Shown one piece after another: positions 8,629 to 17,940 of a stretch of DNA of 58,554 nt. Source of the stretch: Alphaproteobacteria bacterium (GTDB taxonomy: Bacteria > Pseudomonadota > Alphaproteobacteria > RF32 > CAG-239); NCBI GenBank assembly GCA_017479985.1, contig JAFVBL010000031.1, forward strand, positions 1 through 58,554, in the 5' to 3' direction. A program made the position numbers and the translations under genes. Numbering within the stretch: position 1 is the stretch's first letter; every line of letters starts with the position of its first letter. The notes under the pieces were generated by a model. It ran no database searches. It saw only the letters and a program-made list of their open reading frames with translations, and was not told the origin of the DNA.

Positions 8629-9377
8629 TATACCTCCGCCCATAAAATAGTTTTATCATCTGCATTGAGCCGTTGCGCGCGTGCGTCGTTCAATGTATTG
8701 TTTAAGGCGCGCAGGGCATATGTTTTGTATTTTTCGCGTTCCAGATATTCTACAACCGGAATAAAAAATTTGCGCTGGATTTTGAAAAAGTCGTCCGAAA
8801 AGACAAAGCCGGTTACACCGTCGCTCATCAACATAATGCGATTGATATTTTCAAACGGTTTAAAACGCAGACATTCTTTCCATTCGGGCATTGTGTAAAA
8901 ATAGGTCTCGCACGAAAATGTGCCGTTTTCCGGTTCCGAAATTAAAATATTATCGTAATCACCGGAATTAAATGCAATGCCGGCGCCGTCACCGATGTGG
9001 AAAAAAATGCCTCTGCCGTTGCAATAAAAAAAGCCGACGACGGTTGCCGAAAAATGGCATAAATCCGCCTCTGATTTGCTTTTGTTGTAACGGTGAAAGA
9101 GCAATTTTTGCCGTGCTGTTTCAATGGCGTTTTTGATATCGCGGCGAATGGTTTTATGGTTGGAACGTATGAGTAAATCACATAAGGTTCGGCATATTGT
9201 TTTTGCGCCGATTTGGCCGTAACACGCCGAGCCGGCGCCGTCCGAAACAATGCCCACAAGTTTATTTTTATACCGCTTGCTGCAACAATAATCCTGACAC
9301 GGCATATTGTTTGCCTTATGTAAGGCACCGCGTTGCGAAGTGGCTAAAACCCGTATATGTTCGGATGTTTTCGGCAT
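8628..9377 (-). CDS. PP2C-family Ser/Thr phosphatase (YegK-like, TerY-P triad)
   Basis: GALH..PCQD, VSDGAGSA, HIGDG, MSDG and DDKT motifs. Confidence 0.92.
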   Translation of the reverse strand: MPKTSEHIRVLATSQRGALHKANNMPCQDYCCSKRYKNKLVGIVSDGAGSACYGQIGAKTICRTLCDLLIRSNHKTIRRDIKNAIETARQKLLFHRYNKSKSEADLCHFSATVVGFFYCNGRGIFFHIGDGAGIAFNSGDYDNILISEPENGTFSCETYFYTMPEWKECLRFKPFENINRIMLMSDGVTGFVFSDDFFKIQRKFFIPVVEYLEREKYKTYALRALNNTLNDARAQRLNADDKTILWAEV

Positions 9378-9381
9378 AGAC

Positions 9382-10062
9382 TTATTTCTCGTTCCATTCG
9401 GTTATGTCGTCAAGATATTTGTTGGCGTTCGGGGCGGCTTTGGAAATACACGAAACACTGCGGCTGAGCCAGAGGAAAAATTCGGTGAATTTTAAGCCGG
9501 TCAAACGTTTTGGCGGCAAAACGGAAAACTTTGCGAGTTTTTCCAAGTTTGCACCCTGTGTACCGATGGCGTGAATGACGACTTTTTTGTTTTTTTGCGC
9601 ATAACGGCAGAGTTCTGCCGAATCTTCCCAGCCGTAATCGGTCGGTTCGCCGTCGCTGATGAGGAAAATCCACGGACGTTTTGAGGTTACGCCGCAACTG
9701 TCATACAAGCATTTTTGTTCGTCAATTTTTTGCAAAGCCGTTTCCATTGCTTTGCCGAGCGGTGTTAAACCGCCTGCTTCCATAACGGGAGCCTCAAAGT
9801 TCATCGCGTCTATCCAATCAGATTCGATTTTTACCTCGTCTTTGCCGAAGGCTTTGATAATCAGCAGCTGTACACGTGAGCTGGCGTCAATGTCATCTTT
9901 GAGTTCTTTTTCGAGTGCGGCCAATCCGGCATTCAACTGTTTAATCGGTTCACCGCGCATCGAGCCGGAGCAATCCAACACCAACACGCACGGTGTACGT
10001 TCGTTTGCATTATCGGCAAATTCAACGTAAGGAATCCGTTCTATTGTATTTTGTTCAGTCAT
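9382..10062 (-). CDS. TerY-like von Willebrand factor A domain protein (YegL-like)
   Basis: LVLDCSGSM MIDAS motif, GGLTPLG, RPWIFLISDGEPTD and FTEFFLWLSRS. Confidence 0.92.
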   Translation of the reverse strand: MTEQNTIERIPYVEFADNANERTPCVLVLDCSGSMRGEPIKQLNAGLAALEKELKDDIDASSRVQLLIIKAFGKDEVKIESDWIDAMNFEAPVMEAGGLTPLGKAMETALQKIDEQKCLYDSCGVTSKRPWIFLISDGEPTDYGWEDSAELCRYAQKNKKVVIHAIGTQGANLEKLAKFSVLPPKRLTGLKFTEFFLWLSRSVSCISKAAPNANKYLDDITEWNEK

Positions 10063-10302
10063 TTGCACTCTCCTGAGGGTGCGGATATTGATGCGGAAAT
10101 CCGCTGCCCTCTACCGGATACGGTGCCGAATAGCGTCCGCAGGCACAAAGTGATGCAAAAACAACAAAGCAAATGCAACACAATAAAATTATTTTAAGAA
10201 AATGTTTCATTTATTAACCTTTTTTTGGAATCTTGATATTATATCTAATCTAACGGATAAAAGTTAAAGATAGTTTATTTTTTTGCAGAAAGTTGTAAAC
10301 GA

Positions 10303-10869
10303 ATGAATAAAATTTTGCAAATTAGTGTTGTTTTGTTATTATTTGTCTTTGGGGCAGTGTCCGCCGAGGCAAAAATCAATTTGTTTCCGAAACCGCGATA
10401 CATTCCGGCACTGAATATTTACGGTGACAGCGGAAAAGCTTTTCGTATGTCTGATTTTAAATCCGATTTGTTGGTTGCCGTTGTGTGGTCGCGTACTTGC
10501 GGACCGTGCTTGCAAGACTTGCGCCCGCTCGGTAATTTTACAAATGCGGTAAGAGATGACGGCATAGAGGTTATTTTGATTTCACCCGAAAAAGAATGGC
10601 GTACCGTTGATGAAAAACGCAATTTCTTGCGGCGTTTGGGGGCGAGCAATATAGTAAGTTTTAATGACCGGAATTCGCGGTTTAAAGACGGTATGGGATT
10701 ATCCGTCACGCCGACAACCGTGCTTGTGAATAAAAACGGCGAAGAAGTCGGGCAGATTACCGGCTCGGTTAAGTGGGACAGCGCCGAGGTGATTGACTAT
10801 ATGCGCAAACTTAAAACAAAAGTCTCAGAACAGCTTAATGAGAGCGAATCCGCCGATAAGCAGGATTAA
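10303..10869 (+). CDS. TlpA/ResA-like periplasmic thioredoxin
   Basis: Signal peptide, WSRTCGPC active site and TPTTVLVNKNG. Confidence 0.85.
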   Translation: MNKILQISVVLLLFVFGAVSAEAKINLFPKPRYIPALNIYGDSGKAFRMSDFKSDLLVAVVWSRTCGPCLQDLRPLGNFTNAVRDDGIEVILISPEKEWRTVDEKRNFLRRLGASNIVSFNDRNSRFKDGMGLSVTPTTVLVNKNGEEVGQITGSVKWDSAEVIDYMRKLKTKVSEQLNESESADKQD

Positions 10870-11418
10870 AAACAGCACGGAAAGCCAACCGAGATTTTTT
10901 TCTATAAACATCCGCATTCTTTCGCCGTAGGTTTTTAAAAGCCACGCAATCACAAAAAAGCGCAACCCGCGAGCCAGAATCGATGCAATCGTAAAGACAA
11001 TAAGATTCAGATGCACCACGCCGCTGGCAATGGTGATGATTTTGTACGGAAACGGCGTGATACCGGCGCCGAACACAATCCAAGCACCGTATTCGGTGTA
11101 TAGGTTTTTAAACTCGTTGAATTTATCCGTAAAGTGATAAAAGTTCAAAATAGGTTCGGCGATGAGTTGGAAAAAATACAAGCCGATGACATATCCCAAA
11201 TATGCTCCGACAACACTTGAAACGGTACACACACCGGCAATTTTCCACGCCTGTTTCGGTGCGGCGAGAATCATCGGAATCAACATAATATCCGGCGGAA
11301 TCGGAAAAAACGAACTTTCAATAAATGAAAATGCCGCCAACCACCAAATTGCATATTTTGAGCCGGAAAGATGAATGACTGCATCATAAATCCGGCGTAT
11401 CCATTTTGTAAAAAACAT
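10825..11418 (-). CDS. YqaA/DedA (SNARE-associated) membrane protein
   Basis: FIESSFFPIPPD and TPFPYK motifs. Confidence 0.9.
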   Translation of the reverse strand: MFFTKWIRRIYDAVIHLSGSKYAIWWLAAFSFIESSFFPIPPDIMLIPMILAAPKQAWKIAGVCTVSSVVGAYLGYVIGLYFFQLIAEPILNFYHFTDKFNEFKNLYTEYGAWIVFGAGITPFPYKIITIASGVVHLNLIVFTIASILARGLRFFVIAWLLKTYGERMRMFIEKNLGWLSVLFLILLIGGFALIKLF

Positions 11419-11457
11419 CGAAGTCCTTATATTTTTTAACTTAATTTTGAGGTGATA

Positions 11458-12090
11458 TTAGTGTAAAAATTTTTCGATTTCAGCATTGAGTTGATGTCTA
11501 TCCACATAAAAAATGCGCTGATGCGGCAAGGTATGGCGCGCCGATATAAATTGCGGCGTGTATTCAATTAAAACATTTTGCGGATTGTTTTTTCGTAAAT
11601 AACGTGCGGCAGCGTCAATATTATGCACTTCAAAGTATGTGTAATTGCCGTGATTCAGCATATCGTGCAGCGCATCGCTGTTTTCGGAATACGAATCGAG
11701 CAGCATAAACTGCGGCGTTTTCTGTCCGACACCGTAACTTTCGACAATGTCGGCAAGTTTGGCAAAATCTTGCGGCAGGTGTAAATAATGCGCAATGCGC
11801 GGATGCGGCGTAAAAGATTCATTGCCGGATTTCAATACGATAATCGGAAATTGTCGGGTGTCGGTTTTGTTTTCAAAACTTTCAAAGGTTTCTTTAGCCG
11901 GAGTTTCTCTGTTTTGCAAATTGAAAATCATCACATCGGGCGGGATAATTCGGGCATAACGCAACAGCTGGTATATGTTATCCGTGCCGAAAGTTTTGTA
12001 TGACTGATGGTCATACATATCGGCAAATGCCGAAAGCAACCCTTGATGATTATCATAATAAAAGATGTTTCCGAGCCCTGATGTTTGCAT
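11458..12090 (-). CDS. Hypothetical protein with degenerate receiver-like domains
   Basis: PPDVMIFN, FPIIVL and HYLHLP resemble receiver strands. A second similar unit follows. Confidence 0.5.
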   Translation of the reverse strand: MQTSGLGNIFYYDNHQGLLSAFADMYDHQSYKTFGTDNIYQLLRYARIIPPDVMIFNLQNRETPAKETFESFENKTDTRQFPIIVLKSGNESFTPHPRIAHYLHLPQDFAKLADIVESYGVGQKTPQFMLLDSYSENSDALHDMLNHGNYTYFEVHNIDAAARYLRKNNPQNVLIEYTPQFISARHTLPHQRIFYVDRHQLNAEIEKFLH

Positions 12091-12140
12091 TATATTCCCT
12101 TTCTGTTGATTACAGAAAATATAATCGCAAATTGTGTGAC

Positions 12141-12989
12141 TTAAAGGGGTTGATGTTGAATTATAAAGGCATCGTAAGTGTTTTGCAGAAGCATCGCGAT
12201 TGTCATCGGTCCGACACCGCCCGGTACCGGCGTAACGGCTGCTGCTTTGCCAAGAACATCATCGTAATCAATATCACCGCAGATTTTACCGTCAGCGCGA
12301 TTGATACCGACATCAATCAATATCGAATCGGGTTTTATCCAATCTGCTTTAACAAGTTTTGCCACACCGCACGCCGCAATCAAAATATCCGCCTTGCGCG
12401 TCAGGTCTTGTATGTTTTGTGTGTGAATATGCGTAATACTGACCGTACATTCCTGATTAAGCATCAGGGTGGCAAGCGGACGCCCGACAATCAATGATGC
12501 GCCGATGAGTACAACATTTTTGCCGCATAAGTCAGGACATACTTCTTTAATCAAAGTCATTATGCCGAGCGGGGTGGCGGCAATAAAATACGGCTTTTCG
12601 TTGTTTTGCAGCATTCCGGTATTATAAGGATGAAAGCCGTCAACATCTTTGAGCGGAGATATGCGGTCAATAATGCGATGCGTGTTTATGTGTGCCGGCA
12701 ACGGCAACTGCACAATAATGCCGTTGATGGCGGAATCGTTGTTGCAACGGTCAATCAGTGACAGCAATTCTTCTTCGGCGGTTGTTTCGCTTAAATGAAA
12801 CAATGTTGTTTTCAGACCGATTTCGGCAGCGGCTTTTTGCTTATTGCGCACATAAATCAGGCTCGAATCGTCATTACCTACCAATACGATTGCCAAATGC
12901 GGTGTTTGCGGCAGCAGTGAAATTTTTTGTTGGAGCTCACAGCGAATCCGCATTGCAATTTGTTTCCCGTCAATAATACGTGCCGTCAT
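12141..12989 (-). CDS. folD: Bifunctional methylenetetrahydrofolate dehydrogenase/cyclohydrolase
   Basis: IIDGK, YVRNK, VQLPLP, KDVDG and TPVPGGVGPMT. Confidence 0.97.
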   Translation of the reverse strand: MTARIIDGKQIAMRIRCELQQKISLLPQTPHLAIVLVGNDDSSLIYVRNKQKAAAEIGLKTTLFHLSETTAEEELLSLIDRCNNDSAINGIIVQLPLPAHINTHRIIDRISPLKDVDGFHPYNTGMLQNNEKPYFIAATPLGIMTLIKEVCPDLCGKNVVLIGASLIVGRPLATLMLNQECTVSITHIHTQNIQDLTRKADILIAACGVAKLVKADWIKPDSILIDVGINRADGKICGDIDYDDVLGKAAAVTPVPGGVGPMTIAMLLQNTYDAFIIQHQPL

Positions 12990-13307
12990 TTATTCTTCCT
13001 TTATTAAACTGTTGAGTTTTTCCGTCAGTTGCGGTGTCAGCGGGGTTTGTATGTAAAGTTTTTTGAAATGTATGGTCGCGCCGCTGATTAACTCAATATT
13101 TTGTTTTGGTATTTTAAGCTCTTTGGCAAGCATTTTAATCAGCTCTTTGTTGGCCTTTCCTTTTTCGGGCGCCGTTGTCAGATACACTTTAAGATACGTC
13201 TGTTCATCGGCGTTTACAAACAAACTGCCGAATCCGCAAAAGGCGGCATTCGGGGTCAGTTTGATGCGTACGGCGCAACCGGTTTTATGCGGCTCAAAAA
13301 AACTCAT
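12990..13307 (-). CDS. DUF167 (YggU) family protein
   Basis: APEKGKANKELI motif and yggT-DUF167-folD synteny. Confidence 0.88.
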   Translation of the reverse strand: MSFFEPHKTGCAVRIKLTPNAAFCGFGSLFVNADEQTYLKVYLTTAPEKGKANKELIKMLAKELKIPKQNIELISGATIHFKKLYIQTPLTPQLTEKLNSLIKEE

Positions 13308-13308
13308 C

Positions 13309-13626
13309 TTACATATAACTGTCTATCCATTTTGTAAGGCGCGTCACAAACGAGCCGACCAAAATCAGACCGAACAGTAAGACATACGGTGAAATATCGT
13401 GACCGGAAAGCGGTTTTACTTTTTTGCGAATCTGTTTATATACAGGTTCGGTCAGCATCTTCAAAATTTCCATAAACTTTTCGGCGTACGGGTTGTGTAC
13501 GCTCATCAGTTTATAATGCAACATCCAATACAATATAACATCAACCGCCACAACTTTGAAATAGAGGTCGATGATAATGCTTAACATATCTAACATCGGT
13601 AAAATAAATATTCCGAGAATTCCCAT
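13309..13626 (-). CDS. yggT: YggT family membrane protein
   Basis: LTEPVY...DISPY motif and synteny. Confidence 0.85.
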   Translation of the reverse strand: MGILGIFILPMLDMLSIIIDLYFKVVAVDVILYWMLHYKLMSVHNPYAEKFMEILKMLTEPVYKQIRKKVKPLSGHDISPYVLLFGLILVGSFVTRLTKWIDSYM

Positions 13627-13638
13627 TTGCTTTTCTCC

Positions 13639-14532
13639 TTAATTAACATCTTCGCCGTTTCCATTAAGCGGCGCTTTAGAATTTTCTAACACAAGAAATC
13701 TGTTTTTGTCAAACCCTCTTTTATTATATGTTCCACGTAAACGTGCAATTTGTTCACTGACTTCTTCCGGTGACCGACGGGAAGGTTCATATTCTGCCGG
13801 TGCTGAAGTTTCTGTATTTTCAGACGTTTCGGCGGTTTCCTGACGCAAGCGCAGCAACATAATGCGCTTGAGCCAATTTTCGTGATTAAAATGATCGGAT
13901 AAATCTTCATCGTCTTCGTGGTCTATGCCCAGACTTGCGCGTTCTTTCGGGCTGAAGTGATAGTCATAGCCGAGATTTTGCAAAGATTTGAGCATTTTAT
14001 ACAGCGGCTTGGCGCGTTCAAATTCATCACGGTCGGTGGTTACACCTTGCTCATCACGCGTGTATGTGACTATCAGGTCGTGAATCTCACGAAGCCGGAC
14101 AATGTTCAGCGTCATTTCATTGAGACGCGTCTGATTATCAAAGTTCACGGACTTAAGCAAACAATAGGCGGTAAAAAGTGCAAATTCGTATCGTTCGGTT
14201 GTTTTAAGGAAGTCCTGCCGTTCGGCGTAGTCTTCGTCTGTGATATAACCGTCATTCATATGTTTGATGATTTCTGCCGCCTGCTCGACAATTTCGCGGT
14301 GCGTTTGCTGCGGTGATTCTTCGACACAGCTGCGTGTCAACTGTGTGGCAAGCATCTCCATAATTTGCGCTTTATTGTAACTTTCGGTATTAAATTCGAC
14401 CATATAATCGTCGGGAGCCAAAATCACTTCTCGAAAAATAGTGCGCGCATTTTGTTCGCTGACATACGGAAAACATTTTTCCGTTGCCTCGTATAAAACG
14501 TCAAAATATGTGCATTTTTCGTATCGTCCCAT
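13639..14532 (-). CDS. Hypothetical acidic protein
   Basis: 297-aa ORF, co-oriented and tightly spaced within the operon. Confidence 0.7.
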   Translation of the reverse strand: MGRYEKCTYFDVLYEATEKCFPYVSEQNARTIFREVILAPDDYMVEFNTESYNKAQIMEMLATQLTRSCVEESPQQTHREIVEQAAEIIKHMNDGYITDEDYAERQDFLKTTERYEFALFTAYCLLKSVNFDNQTRLNEMTLNIVRLREIHDLIVTYTRDEQGVTTDRDEFERAKPLYKMLKSLQNLGYDYHFSPKERASLGIDHEDDEDLSDHFNHENWLKRIMLLRLRQETAETSENTETSAPAEYEPSRRSPEEVSEQIARLRGTYNKRGFDKNRFLVLENSKAPLNGNGEDVN

Positions 14533-14535
14533 AAA

Positions 14536-14973
14536 TCAGCTTTCCTCAAAGATAATTCTTGCTTGCTCGAGCCATATAATCCGGTCGATAATCCAATTGC
14601 TGATTTGTTCGATTTTTTCCATCTCAATACCGAGAGTAATACCGACCTTTCCGATGAACAACGTTTCTTCATCGGAAAGCACATTATCTACGTGAGAAAG
14701 TGTGCACATTTCGCGGATAAGTTCCATTGCCAAATGTCTGTTTTTGATAATTTGTACGTTTTTCAAAACGGTTGCTTCGTCGTCATAACCTCGGAGCTCG
14801 TCCAAATTTTCAATCCCTTGAGATTGCGCCGCCTCAGTGATAAATTCGATTTCGGCATCATCACTGTGACCGTCTACACCGGATAAATGCAACAATGTTT
14901 GAAAAAAAACTTTTTTTTCTGCCATTGAAGCCGAATCCAGATAAGAAGGTAAAATATTGTTGATAACGGACAT
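14536..14973 (-). CDS. TerB-like (tellurite resistance / DjlA N-terminal) protein
   Basis: Duplicated motif: VDGHSDDAE and VDNVLSDEE. Confidence 0.75.
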   Translation of the reverse strand: MSVINNILPSYLDSASMAEKKVFFQTLLHLSGVDGHSDDAEIEFITEAAQSQGIENLDELRGYDDEATVLKNVQIIKNRHLAMELIREMCTLSHVDNVLSDEETLFIGKVGITLGIEMEKIEQISNWIIDRIIWLEQARIIFEES

Positions 14974-15108
14974 TGTTTCTCCTTAAACATAATCACAAAA
15001 GCATATTATATGCATTTCCGTTATTTTGCAACACAAAAAAATGTTGAAAAAAAATACGGATTAGCGTATGGATTATATATTGTTTGAATTTAGAAACGGA
15101 AGATTAAG

Positions 15109-16443
15109 GTGTCTGAGAAATATTATATCAAAACTTTCGGGTGTCAGATGAATGTGTATGATTCGTCGCGTATATCCGATATGTTGCAAAAAGAAGGTTA
15201 CGAACCAACCGTTAAACAAACGGAAGCGGATATTGTGTTGTTTAATACCTGCCATATCAGAGAAAAAGCGGCGGAAAAGCTGTTTTCTGATTTGGGACGG
15301 GCAAAACTGATTGCCGATGAGCGTGCCGAACACGGTAAAAATACGGTTATCGGCGTGGTCGGTTGTGTGGTGCAGGCGGAAGATACGCAAATTATTAAAC
15401 GGGCGCCGTTTGTGGATTTTGCGCTCGGACCGCTGATGTATCATAAAATACCGGAAGTTCTGCATCAAATCAAAACAAATAAAGAGCGTCAAAGCGTGGT
15501 CAATACCGATTTTCCGGCAGAAAGTAAGTTTGATTATTTGCCGGAAAACAAAGCTCAGGGTGCGTGTTCTTTTCTGGCAATTCAGGAAGGCTGCAACAAT
15601 TTTTGCACTTATTGCGTAGTACCGTATACGCGCGGGGTGGAATATTCCAGACCGGTGGCAGAGGTGCTTACGGAGGCGCGTCGGCTTTTGGATACAGGTA
15701 CGCTTGAGATTAACCTTTTGGGGCAGAATGTAAACTCTTATCACGGTGAAGATGAAAACGGACACGAGCGTGATTTGGCATATTTGTTGCATCGGGTGGC
15801 CGAGTTGGACGGGATAAAACGTATTCGCTATACAACGTCGTATCCGGCGGATATGAGCGATGAGTTGATTGCCTGTCATAAAGATATTCCGACTCTTATG
15901 CCGTATTTGCATCTGCCGATTCAGTCCGGTTCGGACAGAATTTTGAAGGCGATGAATCGGCGTCATACTTCCGGTGATTATTTGCGAATTGTCGAAAAAT
16001 TGAAAAAAGCGAATCCGAATATCGGTATGTCATCGGATTTTATTGTCGGATTTCCGGGGGAGACAGATGCGGATTTTCGGCAGACGCTTGATGTTGTCAA
16101 TCAGGTTAAATATATTCAGGCGTTTTCTTTCAAATACAGCCGCAGAGCAGGTACACCGGCGGCGGTGATGGATAATCAGGTGGAAGAAAAGGTCAAAAAA
16201 GAGCGGTTGGAAATTTTGCAGAATTTATTGTTTGATTATCAGACCGAGTTTAATCGAAACTGTGTCGGCAAGGTTATGCCGGTGCTGCTGGAGCAAAAAG
16301 GGCGGCATAAAGGACAGCTTATCGGACGCACACCGTATATGCAGAATTTGCACGTTGAAACAAACGGAGCAAACTTGAATAAAATTATTGAAGTAAAAGT
16401 TGCGGAAGCAACCACAAATTCACTTACCGGAAAGGAGATATAA
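15109..16443 (+). CDS. miaB: tRNA-2-methylthio-N6-dimethylallyladenosine synthase
   Basis: TFGCQMN, NTCHIREKA, CNNFCTYC radical SAM motif and C-terminal TRAM domain. Confidence 0.97.
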   Translation: MSEKYYIKTFGCQMNVYDSSRISDMLQKEGYEPTVKQTEADIVLFNTCHIREKAAEKLFSDLGRAKLIADERAEHGKNTVIGVVGCVVQAEDTQIIKRAPFVDFALGPLMYHKIPEVLHQIKTNKERQSVVNTDFPAESKFDYLPENKAQGACSFLAIQEGCNNFCTYCVVPYTRGVEYSRPVAEVLTEARRLLDTGTLEINLLGQNVNSYHGEDENGHERDLAYLLHRVAELDGIKRIRYTTSYPADMSDELIACHKDIPTLMPYLHLPIQSGSDRILKAMNRRHTSGDYLRIVEKLKKANPNIGMSSDFIVGFPGETDADFRQTLDVVNQVKYIQAFSFKYSRRAGTPAAVMDNQVEEKVKKERLEILQNLLFDYQTEFNRNCVGKVMPVLLEQKGRHKGQLIGRTPYMQNLHVETNGANLNKIIEVKVAEATTNSLTGKEI

Positions 16444-16445
16444 CA

Positions 16446-17426
16446 ATGGCGGAAATTTGTTTTGAACTTTTTAACAATCAGTTGGTACAACAGCTCGTCG
16501 GTGAGGCCGACAGTAATTTGCGGCTGATTGAAAAAATGCTGAATGTCGAAATTTTGAGTTTCGGCAATCAAATTACGGTCAAAGGAAGCACCGGCGATGT
16601 CGATAATGCCAAAACGGCGATTGAAATTTTGTATAACAAAGTCAGCCGCGGTGTGGATATCGGCGAACAGGAAGTTAAGGCTGCCGTCAGAATGAGCGGT
16701 GATGTGCATACCGAAGATGACAAGCAGAATTTGACGGATATCGTGCTTAAAACAAAAAAACGCTATATTTATCCGCGCTCGGCGAATCAGGCAAAATATA
16801 TTCAGGAAATGATGAAAAACGAGTTGGTATTCGGCTTGGGACCGGCCGGTACGGGTAAAACGTATTTGGCGGTGGCGTTGGCAGTTTCTATGATGCTTGA
16901 AGGCACAATCGATAAAATTATCTTATCGCGTCCGGCGGTGGAAGCCGGCGAGAATTTAGGCTTTTTACCGGGGGACTTGAAGGAAAAAGTCGACCCGTAT
17001 CTGCGTCCGCTTTACGATGCGCTTTATGAGATGCTTCCGGCAGAACAGGTGGATAAAAAATTAGCTCTCGGCGAAATTGAAATCGCACCGCTTGCTTTTA
17101 TGCGCGGGCGGACGTTGGCAAACTCGTTTGTTATTTTGGACGAAGCGCAAAATACAACGCCGATGCAGATGAAAATGTTTTTGACCCGTTTGGGCGAAAA
17201 TTCGCGAATGGTGGTCAACGGCGACTTAAGTCAGGTTGATTTACCGCGCGGGGTGCTTTCCGGTTTACGTGATGCTTTGGAAACGCTAAAGAATGTGTCG
17301 AACATTTCGTCTGTGACATTCGGTTCCGAAGACGTGGTGCGCCACGGGTTGGTTGCAAAAATCGTCAAAGCCTATGAAGAAAAAAGCAAACGTACACAAG
17401 AGGCGGCACGTTACGAAAATGTCTGA
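16446..17426 (+). CDS. phoH: PhoH-like ATPase
   Basis: GPAGTGKT, RPAVEAGE, FMRGRT and DEAQN. Confidence 0.96.
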   Translation: MAEICFELFNNQLVQQLVGEADSNLRLIEKMLNVEILSFGNQITVKGSTGDVDNAKTAIEILYNKVSRGVDIGEQEVKAAVRMSGDVHTEDDKQNLTDIVLKTKKRYIYPRSANQAKYIQEMMKNELVFGLGPAGTGKTYLAVALAVSMMLEGTIDKIILSRPAVEAGENLGFLPGDLKEKVDPYLRPLYDALYEMLPAEQVDKKLALGEIEIAPLAFMRGRTLANSFVILDEAQNTTPMQMKMFLTRLGENSRMVVNGDLSQVDLPRGVLSGLRDALETLKNVSNISSVTFGSEDVVRHGLVAKIVKAYEEKSKRTQEAARYENV

Positions 17427-17940
17427 GGTTATATTGGATACGGTTGTTGAAGATGAACGTTGGCCGACGGCAATCGAAAACATTGAACAAGTGGCGGATA
17501 AAGTTAAATCCGCCGCTTTCAGCTATTTGAGAACGCACGAGGATTTGGCGTTTTTATCAGGTGAAAAACCGTTGCGTGTGAATTTGTGTCTGAGTGATGA
17601 TGATACGGTGCATCGCCTGAATAAAGAGTTTCGTGGTCAGGATAAGCCGACCAATGTACTCTCGTTTGCCAATTTGGATTTTGAAGATTTTGATGCCGAA
17701 AATGAGCCGTTTGATGAGATTGAACTCGGTGATATCATTGTGGCGTATGAGACAATGGTGCGCGAGGCGGCAGAGCAGGAAATTACGCTTTATGCACATT
17801 TTTGCCATTTGTTGACACACGGTTTGTTGCATCTCTCGGGTTATGACCACATTGAAGCTGATGAGGCGGTGTATATGGAAAATATGGAAAGAGAAATTTT
17901 GCAAACGCTTGATATTGCAAATCCTTATGAGGGGGAATAA
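17419..17940 (+). CDS. ybeY: rRNA maturation endoribonuclease YbeY
   Basis: RGQDKPTNVLSF, LGDI and HGLLHLSGYDH. Start moved to ATG 17419, overlapping the end of phoH. Confidence 0.95.
   Translation: MSEVILDTVVEDERWPTAIENIEQVADKVKSAAFSYLRTHEDLAFLSGEKPLRVNLCLSDDDTVHRLNKEFRGQDKPTNVLSFANLDFEDFDAENEPFDEIELGDIIVAYETMVREAAEQEITLYAHFCHLLTHGLLHLSGYDHIEADEAVYMENMEREILQTLDIANPYEGE

Noticed and set aside
10825-10869. 45-bp convergent overlap of the thioredoxin and YqaA genes
   Set aside because: Short tail-to-tail overlaps are common in compact genomes and both proteins look intact.
15073-15966. 297-aa minus-strand ORF
   Set aside because: Antisense shadow of miaB.
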